Counted from the stretch's first letter, positions 19,392 to 25,908 are shown. The stretch: DNA of 40,000 nt from Clostridiales bacterium UBA1738 (GCA_002315735.1 DCIA01000004.1:44362-84361); one strand, 5' to 3'. The notes: generated from the sequence alone by a model not told the origin. Numbers and translations: made by a program.

Positions 19392-19425
19392 ATATCCGAC
19401 ACTTATAATTTGTGATGTCGGATAT
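19392..19425 (-). terminator. Hairpin between cysK and mnmA (weak terminator or processing candidate)
   Basis: 10-bp stem ATATCCGACA / TGTCGGATAT with a 14-nt loop, starting 6 nt after the cysK stop. Only a poor U-tract follows. Confidence 0.4.
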
Positions 19426-19430
19426 CTTCT

Positions 19431-20363
19431 TTATTCTGTGAATAATGGTGTAGATAAATATCTATCACCGGTATCAGGAAGTAAAACCACAATCGTCTTA
19501 CCTTCGTTTTCAGGACGTTTTGCAAGTTCAATTGCCGCATAAGTTGCAGCACCTGATGAAATGCCAACCAAAACTCCTTCTTTTTTACCGATTAGTTTGC
19601 CTGTTGCGAATGCATCCTCATTTGAAACAGGGATTATTTCATCATATACCTTTGTATTTAACACATCAGGCACAAAGCCTGCACCTATTCCCTGTATTTT
19701 ATGAGTTCCTGCAACACCTGTTGAAAGAACTGCTGATGTTTCAGGCTCAACTGCAACAACTTTTACTCCATCTTTTTTTGACTTTAAGTATTCTCCGACA
19801 CCTGTTATTGTTCCGCCCGTTCCCACGCCTGCAACAAATATGTCTACATTTCCATCTGTGTCCTCAAAGATTTCAGGTCCTGTTGTTTCTCTGTGTGCTG
19901 TTGGGTTTGCCGGATTTACAAATTGACCCGGGATAAAACTATTTGGAATTTCCTTTGCAAGCTCCTCCGCTTTTGCAATAGCACCCTTCATTCCCTTTGT
20001 GCCTTCGGTCAATACTATTTCTGCACCGTAAGCTTTTATTAACTGTCTTCTCTCTACAGACATAGTTTCAGGCATAGTTAATATAATTTTATAACCTCTT
20101 GCCGTTGCAACGGATGCAAGTCCTATTCCAGTGTTACCGCTTGTTGGTTCTATAATTACCGAATCAGGAGTTAACTTGCCTGATTTTTCTGCATCATCAA
20201 TCATTGCTTTTGCAATTCTGTCTTTAACTGAACCTGCCGGGTTAAAATATTCAAGCTTTGCAAGTATTTTTGCTTTTAATCCTAATTCCTTTTCTATATT
20301 TGTTAGCTCCAAAAGAGGAGTTTTTCCTATAATTTGAACTGCTGATTTATATATTTTTGACAC
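19431..20363 (-). CDS. cysK: Cysteine synthase A (O-acetylserine sulfhydrylase)
   Basis: PLP-lysine motif [11 protein letters not shown] and [10 protein letters not shown]. 310 aa. GTG start. Confidence 0.93.
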   Translation of the reverse strand: MSKIYKSAVQIIGKTPLLELTNIEKELGLKAKILAKLEYFNPAGSVKDRIAKAMIDDAEKSGKLTPDSVIIEPTSGNTGIGLASVATARGYKIILTMPETMSVERRQLIKAYGAEIVLTEGTKGMKGAIAKAEELAKEIPNSFIPGQFVNPANPTAHRETTGPEIFEDTDGNVDIFVAGVGTGGTITGVGEYLKSKKDGVKVVAVEPETSAVLSTGVAGTHKIQGIGAGFVPDVLNTKVYDEIIPVSNEDAFATGKLIGKKEGVLVGISSGAATYAAIELAKRPENEGKTIVVLLPDTGDRYLSTPLFTE

Positions 20364-20457
20364 AATATTATATTCCTTTCATTTTACAGTATATTGTTTA
20401 GTTAAATCCAATAAAACACAACATCGAAAAATCACTAATTCATTCATATAATCTACC

Positions 20458-20801
20458 TCACTTTATAGCATTAAAGCCTTCTTCTAAGTCGGCAATAATA
20501 TCATCTATATGTTCTGTTCCGATTGAAAGTCTTACTGTTGTGGGTGTAATTCCCGATGACGGCAATTCTTCCTCACTCAATTGACTATGTGTTGTAGATG
20601 CCGGATGTATAACCAACGATTTAACATCTGCAACATTTGCAAGAAGTGAAAAAAGTTTTAAGCTTTCTGTAAACTTCTTTGCATCTTCCGATGTACCGTT
20701 AATTTCAAAGGTAAAGATTGAAGCAGCACCGTTTTTAAAATACTTATCATGCATCCGAATCTATAATTATTTCTCACTAATAAGTTAATTGACTTTTGCA
20801 T
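20458..20801 (-). pseudogene. O-acetylhomoserine/O-acetylserine sulfhydrylase (MetY-type) remnant; most of the gene is missing
   Basis: Track ORF 20458..20754 matches only the C-terminal end of Cys/Met-metabolism PLP enzymes (…LANVADVKSLVIHPASTTHSQL…RLSIGTEHIDDIIADLE…). A promoter, an RBS and ATG 20799-20801 give MQKSINLLVRNNYRFG…, which is N-terminus-like, in another frame. The two parts are joined at about 20746-20757. Confidence 0.8.
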
Positions 20802-20837
20802 AGTATTTTCTCCTACCTACTTATTTGGTATGTTGTT

Positions 20838-20866
20838 ATTATATCACAACTTACCTACCTTGTTAA
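20838..20866 (-). promoter_or_regulatory. Sigma-A type promoter upstream of the metY remnant
   Basis: Minus strand TTAACA, 17-nt spacer, TATAAT with an upstream TGTGA. Flanked by TACCTA/TAGGTA repeats. Confidence 0.5.
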
Positions 20867-20961
20867 TAGGTAAAAAGAAATTTATCCAACTTTTAACTTT
20901 TATTTTTATCCATAATGAAACATGGCCACTACCCTATATGAAATTAAAACTATATTAAAGA

Positions 20962-20997
20962 TAAAAAATTTGCATTTAAATAATTAAAATGCAAATT
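20962..20997 (-). terminator. Rho-independent terminator after dapL
   Basis: 11-bp stem AATTTGCATTT / AAATGCAAATT, followed on the minus strand by TTTTTTAT. Confidence 0.7.
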
Positions 20998-21011
20998 ATC
21001 TACATAATTTT

Positions 21012-22199
21012 CTATTTTAGCAACAAACTTTTCAATAGTATTGCCGCTTTTTTTGTATCCTCTAAATCGCCAAATGTCGAAAACCTAAAATAACCTTCTC
21101 CGCATTTACCAAATCCTTCCCCGGGTGTTCCCACAACCTGTATTTCGTTTAATAAATAGTCGAAGAATTCCCAACTTGTCATATTGTTTGGACACTTAAC
21201 CCAAATATACGGAGCATTCTTACCACCGCAATACCAAATTCCAAGTTCATCAAATGTCTTCATTAGAGCTTTTGCATTTTCTTTATAGACTGCAATGTTT
21301 TGATGTATTTCCTTTTGACCTTCTTTAGTAAAAACAGCTTTTGCACCTTCTTGAATAATATAAGACACACCGTTTGTCTTTGTTGTTCGATTTCTAACCC
21401 ACATAGTGTTAAAAGACATACCATCTCTTTCTAAATCCTTCGGAATTACTGTATAACCAAGCCTTGTTCCTGTAAAGCCCGCAGTTTTAGAAAGGGAACA
21501 AATTTCGATTGCACAAGTTTTTGCACCTTCGATTTCAAATATGCTATGTGGTAAATTTTCACCTTCAATAAAAGCTTCATAAGCCGCATCAAACAAGATG
21601 ACAGCTCCGTTTCCATTTGCAAAGTCTACCCATTTTTTTAGGAGTTCCTTTGTAAAAACCGCTCCCGTAGGATTATTGGGAGAGCAAATATAGATAATAT
21701 CTGCATTACAATCATTATTTGGTGTTGGCAAAAATCCATTATCCTTTCCTGAATCTAAATGTATTATCTTTCTGCCTGCCATAATGTTAGCATCAACATA
21801 CGCCGGATATACCGGTTCTATAACTAAAGCTTTACTTGATTTATCAAACAAATCTAAAATATCGCCAAGTTCATCACTTGCGCCACTCGATACGAACACT
21901 TCTTCAACATCAAGTGAAATTCCATTCTTTTTATAATACTCTGCTATCAAACTGCGAAGTTCTGCATCGCCACATTCAGGCATATATCCATGAAATGTTT
22001 CTTTATTTCCTTGGTTTTCTACTGCTTTATGAAGTGCATCAATAACAGATTTACACAAAGGAAGAGAAACATCACCAATCCCCATTTTATATAGATGTTT
22101 GTCGGGATTTTTTTCCTGATATGCTTTAACTTTTTGTGCGATGTTGTAAAAAAGATATGAATCTTTAAGATTGTTATAATTTTTATTTGGAACTATCAT
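21012..22199 (-). CDS. dapL: LL-diaminopimelate aminotransferase
   Basis: 395-aa class I aminotransferase. N-terminal …LKDSYLFYNIAQKVKAY…KMGIGDVSLPL and the PLP-lysine region CSLSKTAGFTGTRLGY fit DapL. Its start overlaps the dapF stop (ATGA). Confidence 0.85.
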   Translation of the reverse strand: MIVPNKNYNNLKDSYLFYNIAQKVKAYQEKNPDKHLYKMGIGDVSLPLCKSVIDALHKAVENQGNKETFHGYMPECGDAELRSLIAEYYKKNGISLDVEEVFVSSGASDELGDILDLFDKSSKALVIEPVYPAYVDANIMAGRKIIHLDSGKDNGFLPTPNNDCNADIIYICSPNNPTGAVFTKELLKKWVDFANGNGAVILFDAAYEAFIEGENLPHSIFEIEGAKTCAIEICSLSKTAGFTGTRLGYTVIPKDLERDGMSFNTMWVRNRTTKTNGVSYIIQEGAKAVFTKEGQKEIHQNIAVYKENAKALMKTFDELGIWYCGGKNAPYIWVKCPNNMTSWEFFDYLLNEIQVVGTPGEGFGKCGEGYFRFSTFGDLEDTKKAAILLKSLLLK

Positions 22200-22714
22200 T
22201 TTACCTCTCCTTCATAAACCGTTTCACATGGACCTGTCATATTAATTTCATTGTTTTTATTAATTTTAATTTTTAATATTCCACCGTCTAATATTACTGA
22301 AATTTCTTCATCATACTTACAATATCCGTTTTTGATTGACGCAAGAGTCGATGCACATGCTCCTGTTCCGCAAGCCATAGTAATTCCACTCCCTCTTTCC
22401 CACACTCGCATACGAATTGTTTTTTCATCTATAACTTCGACAAATTCAACATTAACTCCGTCTTTAAAATATGAATTCTTTTCAATGCATGGACCAAGTG
22501 TATCTATCGGTGCATTATCAATATTTTCAACAAATGTAACTGCATGTGGATTACCAACAGAAACAGGAGTAAATTGTGTATTTTTAAGTGTAATTTTATC
22601 TTCTGCAATTCCTTTTCCCATATCAACAGACACTTCTTTGACTTTGCCACTTCTAATATATAGCTTCAATTTTTTAATTCCGGATAATGTTTCAATTTCA
22701 AGTGTTGTTTTATC
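22196..22714 (-). pseudogene. dapF: Diaminopimelate epimerase, 3' fragment only (N-terminal roughly one third missing)
   Basis: …VSVGNPHAVTFVENI… and the second catalytic Cys region WERGSGITMACGTGACAS are present. The first-domain motifs (N-terminal GNDF, first catalytic Cys) are absent. DapF-like sequence begins abruptly at about 22714, joined to pyrG sequence. Confidence 0.85.
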
Positions 22715-23355
22715 TGCATACCAAGGCAAATCCCAAAATAGGGCACATGATTTTCTCTTGCATACTTTGCAGACAAAATCATTCCTTCAACTCCCCTGTC
22801 GCCAAATCCTCCCGGAACGATAATACCATCCACTCTTGAAAGCACTTCTTCATAAGTATCATCTGTCAATTCTTCAGAATTAATCCATGATATTGCCACA
22901 TCGGTATTAAAGCAATATCCTGCATGTCGAAGTGCTTCGGCAACAGATAAATACGCGTCATGTAGTTCAACATACTTTCCGACAAGTCCGATTTTTACAG
23001 TCTTATTTCTCGTATGAATTCTATCTACAAGCTTGGTCCATTCTGTCAAGTCAGGCATTGGTGCATTTACGCCAAGCTCTCTTAACACTATTGATGAGAA
23101 GTTTGACTTCTCAAGCATAAGGGGGGCTTCGTAAAGATTCGGAAGTGTTATATTTTCGATTACGCAATCATTTTTTACATTACAAAACATAGAAATCTTT
23201 TTAAATATCGAATCCTCAAGCGGTTCGTCACATCGAAGAACAATGATATTTGGGTTAATACCCATCCCCTGAAGTTCTTTTACCGAGTGCTGAGTTGGTT
23301 TTGACTTGTGCTCGTCACTTCCTCTTAAAAAAGGAACTAAGGTTACATGAATATC
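22714..23355 (-). pseudogene. pyrG: CTP synthase, internal fragment only (both ends missing)
   Basis: Reads …DIHVTLVPFLRGSDEHKSKPTQHSVKELQGMGINPNIIVLRCDEPL… through to …VPYFGICLGMQ. It then switches out of frame into dapF sequence. No N-terminal synthetase P-loop region and no distal GATase region occur anywhere nearby. Confidence 0.88.
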
Positions 23356-23831
23356 ATTTCTTTTAATTCATAAATATTGATATTCTTATCTGCACTTACA
23401 TATATTTCGTTTTGGGTTTGCTTCGGAATTTTGGGCAGTAAATCGCATTTATTATAAGCTACAATATACGGAATATTTTTGTTTTCAAATTCTTTTGTTA
23501 AATTCTTATCCGTTTCATTCAATCCTTTTTGGGCATCGACAACCAAAATTGCAATATCTGTTTCGGAAAGAATATCCATTGCTCGTTTTACACGCATTTT
23601 TCCGAGTGTTCCTTCATCATCAATCCCCGGTGTGTCAATTATTACAACAGCTCCGATAGGCAAAATTTCCATTGCTTTTTTGACCGGGTCTGTTGTAGTT
23701 CCCAAAATGTTTGAAACTAATGATAGATTTTGACCTGTAACAGCATTTACAAGGGAGGATTTACCGACATTTCTAAGTCCGAAAAAGCTTATGTGTTTTC
23801 TTTCTCCCGAAGGAGTATCATTTAAACTCAT
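23343..23831 (-). pseudogene. hydF: [FeFe]-hydrogenase maturation GTPase HydF, G-domain only (dimerisation and Fe-S domains missing)
   Basis: MSLNDTPSGERKHISFFGLRNVGKSSLVNAVTGQ…TTTDPV…IDTPGIDD…YNKCDL. The ORF stops 2 codons after the join to pyrG sequence at about 23350-23357. Good RBS (GGGGAGGA). Confidence 0.8.
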
Positions 23832-23848
23832 AATAGTATTCCTCCCCT

Positions 23849-23960
23849 TTAAAATCTGAAATCTCGTCTGTTTGAATTTCTTATATCGTTAACATTATTT
23901 TTTGCTATTTCTTTAACCTTTTCATTTGGTATTTTTTCAATCTCGGTTGCAATCATTTTG
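23849..23960 (-). pseudogene. hydG: Probable HydG C-terminal remnant (about 36 codons)
   Basis: A frame distinct from hydE reads KMIATEIEKIPNEKVKEIAKNNVNDIRNSNRRDFRF*. It ends 17 nt before the hydF start, as in a native hydG-hydF junction. The C-terminal …RD..F resembles HydG ends as I recall them. Weak evidence. Confidence 0.5.
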
Positions 23961-24272
23961 TACAAATGTGCGAAAGCCAATCTCATATCCATTTTTGCAA
24001 CATTCTAAAATTTGTGATTTACTTAAAATATATCTTGAACAATTACTGTTAGATTTTCTGATTCCGCAATACAAGCAATCATTTTTACAAGCATTGCTAA
24101 CCTCAATCAAGCCACGAATGAAAACTTGGTTTCCGTAGTATTGTTTTCTTAATTTATCAGCTATCATAACAGCTTCTTTCTCAAACAAACACCTGTTTGA
24201 AATCAAAAACTCGTATTCTTCTAATGATAAGCTATGCTCACTTACTAATTTTTCTAAAACATTATTCATCAA
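23937..24272 (-). pseudogene. hydE: [FeFe]-hydrogenase maturase HydE (radical SAM), 5' fragment only
   Basis: N-terminal about 105 residues, including the radical-SAM CKNDCLYCG motif and …GYEIGFRTFV. Homology then stops at about 23960 and the frame terminates (…QNDCNRD*). Confidence 0.85.
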
Positions 24273-24519
24273 ATATCACGCTCGAAAATGCAGTTTTGAC
24301 ACTAATACCATTAATGTTGCCTATTTTACCTGCTAATGCTGAAATAATATCCTGAGGAGCATCTAACGCGATAGAAATAACATTTATTTTCCTTTTTTTG
24401 TAAGGAATTCCCATTCTGCCGATGATATACTCACCATAAGCATGTAGGCATTCATTTAGTTTACCTACCGATTCTTCATTTTCAACTATTATAGCCATAA
24501 CGGCCACCTTGCTTTGCAT
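24262..24519 (-). CDS. TM1266-family ACT-like protein (putative iron-only hydrogenase system regulator)
   Basis: Start at MQSKVAVMAIIVENEE (AAAGGAGG upstream). …ISALAGKIGNINGISVKTA… resembles the TM1266 family usually found next to hydE/G/F. Confidence 0.75.
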   Translation of the reverse strand: MQSKVAVMAIIVENEESVGKLNECLHAYGEYIIGRMGIPYKKRKINVISIALDAPQDIISALAGKIGNINGISVKTAFSSVIFDE

Positions 24520-24548
24520 AGCAAAACCTCCTTTTAAATTAATTTTAC

Positions 24549-24583
24549 CAAACAAAAAAGTTGTACCACAAAAAGGGTACAAC
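24549..24583 (-). terminator. Rho-independent terminator inside the 5' leader of the TM1266-like/hyd operon (attenuator candidate)
   Basis: Minus strand GTTGTACC-CTTTTTGT-GGTACAAC followed by TTTTTTGTTTGG. It lies about 30 nt upstream of the start codon and downstream of a good promoter. Confidence 0.7.
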
Positions 24584-24651
24584 TCACCATTCACAGATAT
24601 AATTGTCTCCCTTTCACTCAGAAATACTTCTTTATGTTAGGTAACACCGGT

Positions 24652-24680
24652 ATTATATCATAACTAATCATATTTTACAA
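24652..24680 (-). promoter_or_regulatory. Sigma-A type promoter of the hyd leader
   Basis: Minus strand TTGTAA (24675-24680), 17-nt spacer, TATAAT (24652-24657) preceded by TGA (extended -10 like). Confidence 0.55.
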
Positions 24681-24790
24681 TATTTTTCTAATAAATTTGT
24701 CGAAATGCCAAATTCCAAAAACAGTTTTTCTGTATTTTTATTCTAATCAACTTCATTTTTTGAAATTATCCTCTAAATCTATCTATTTAG

Positions 24791-24960
24791 TTGTCGTTGG
24801 TTCAAACCTCCTAAAAAGGTAAGAATATCTTTTTAATATTCCATGTAATTCGAGTATCTCTGTTGATGCTGTTTCAATTCATTTTTCCTTGCTAAATCAT
24901 CAATTTTTCTTGCTCGTTGGTTCGTATCCTATAAATCTCAGGTGGATATCCTTGATTTTA
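24791..24960. repeat. Imperfect direct repeat pair (about 47-50 nt each, about 120 bp apart) in a non-coding region
   Basis: Copy A is 24791-24837 and copy B is 24910-24960. They share the exact core TCGTTGGTTC, then a gapped similarity: CCT.TAAA…GGT..G.ATATC.TT..TTTTA. Confidence 0.4.
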
Positions 24961-24963
24961 GTG

Positions 24964-24997
24964 TAAAAAAAGGATTTGCGAAAATCTCCGCAAACCC
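24964..24997 (-). terminator. Rho-independent terminator after tRNA-Arg
   Basis: Minus strand GGGTTTGCG-GAGATTTT-CGCAAATCC (one G-U pair) followed by TTTTTTT. Confidence 0.75.
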
Positions 24998-25045
24998 TTG
25001 ATTTCACTGAGAAAAAAGACATGATATCTTTTTTCTATTTCTTTG

Positions 25046-25120
25046 TGGCACCCCCGACCGGAGTCGAACCGATGACTAACCCTTAGGAGGGGTTTGTTAT
25101 ATCCACTTAACTACGAGGGC
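25046..25120 (-). tRNA. tRNA-Arg (anticodon CCU), CCA encoded
   Basis: Manual cloverleaf. Acceptor GCCCTCG/CGGGGGT (G1-U72 and U5-G68 wobbles). D-arm GTTA-AGTGGATA-TAAC. Anticodon arm AACCC-CTCCTAA-GGGTT. T-arm ATCGG-TTCGACT-CCGGT. Then G-CCA. Confidence 0.85.
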
Positions 25121-25199
25121 AAATATTTAATTAATTTTAATCACAAAAACTATAATGTAACATATTATACAGTATTAGTATTTTTAAGAGGTGATATGT

Positions 25200-25352
25200 A
25201 TGCTTCATCTTGGTACAAAAGCAATGGGGCTTGCCGCACTTACATTCTGTATCGGAATGATATGTGGGCTGATTTTCCCGATATATGTCGTTACTATTGT
25301 GGAAACGGTAATGTTACTTATGATTGCTTATTGTTGTTTGTTTAGATGTTGA
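25200..25352 (+). CDS. Unlisted 50-aa hydrophobic peptide (two predicted TM helices, Cys-rich C-terminus)
   Basis: AGAGGTGA 5 nt upstream of ATG 25200. Translation: MLHLGTKAMGLAALTFCIGMICGLIFPIYVVTIVETVMLLMIAYCCLFRC*. It is in a different frame from the track ORF 25094..25345, which overlaps the tRNA. Confidence 0.45.
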   Translation: MLHLGTKAMGLAALTFCIGMICGLIFPIYVVTIVETVMLLMIAYCCLFRC

Positions 25353-25364
25353 AAGGAGAAAAAT

Positions 25365-25436
25365 ATGAAAATTGTTGTATTTAAACTTCCAAAATTCATT
25401 TCCGGAATTGTAAAATCAGTCTTAAAAATCGAATAG
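25365..25436 (+). CDS. spoVM: SpoVM-like stage V sporulation peptide (23 aa)
   Basis: GAAAGGAGA 5 nt upstream of the ATG. MKIVVFKLPKFISGIVKSVLKIE* aligns with B. subtilis SpoVM (MKFYTIKLPKFLGGIVRAML…). A strong terminator follows. Confidence 0.7.
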   Translation: MKIVVFKLPKFISGIVKSVLKIE

Positions 25437-25444
25437 AAAAACTC

Positions 25445-25475
25445 CCGAAGGCATTTGCCTTCGGCTGTTATTTTT
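25445..25475. terminator. Bidirectional terminator between spoVM and rpiB
   Basis: CCGAAGGCA-TT-TGCCTTCGG, with a T-run downstream on the + strand and an A-rich run upstream. Confidence 0.75.
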
Positions 25476-25902
25476 CTAAATTTGATATCTTATCAATTCT
25501 ATTTTGGTGTCTGCCACCTAAAAATTCATTTTCAATCCAAGCATCTATAATCATAAACGCCAGTTCTCTTCCTGTTATTCTGCCTCCCAAACAAATAATA
25601 TTAGAATTATTATGTTGTTTTGTCATAGTCGCAGAATATACATCTGTTACATGTGCTGCTCTTATACCTTTAAATTTGTTTGCAGCAATAGACATTCCAA
25701 TACCTGTTCCACAAACTAGTATTCCTCTATCAGTTTCGCCTGTTAATATACTGTTACACACCTTTTTCGCAATATCAGGATAGTCAACACTATTCTCATC
25801 AAAGCATCCAAAGTCCTTAATCTCAATCCCTTTTTCTTCTAAATGTTTAATGATGTGGCACTTTAATTCGTATCCACCATGATCACATCCAATAGAAATC
25901 AT
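25468..25902 (-). CDS. rpiB: Ribose-5-phosphate isomerase B
   Basis: 144 aa. MISIGCDHGGYELK…GILVCGTGIGMSIAANK is the typical RpiB/LacAB pattern. Confidence 0.92.
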   Translation of the reverse strand: MISIGCDHGGYELKCHIIKHLEEKGIEIKDFGCFDENSVDYPDIAKKVCNSILTGETDRGILVCGTGIGMSIAANKFKGIRAAHVTDVYSATMTKQHNNSNIICLGGRITGRELAFMIIDAWIENEFLGGRHQNRIDKISNLEK

Positions 25903-25908
25903 AATACC

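Noticed and set aside
24786-24935. T-arm-like strings GGTTCAAACC and GGTTCGTATCC, considered as tRNA pseudogenes
   Set aside because: I could not build flanking acceptor, D or anticodon stems around either copy. They are better described as the shared core of an imperfect direct repeat.
25094-25345. 83-aa + strand ORF from the track
   Set aside because: Its 5' part overlaps tRNA-Arg and the tRNA promoter region and it has no RBS. A different frame starting at 25200 has a proper RBS and gives a coherent two-helix membrane peptide.
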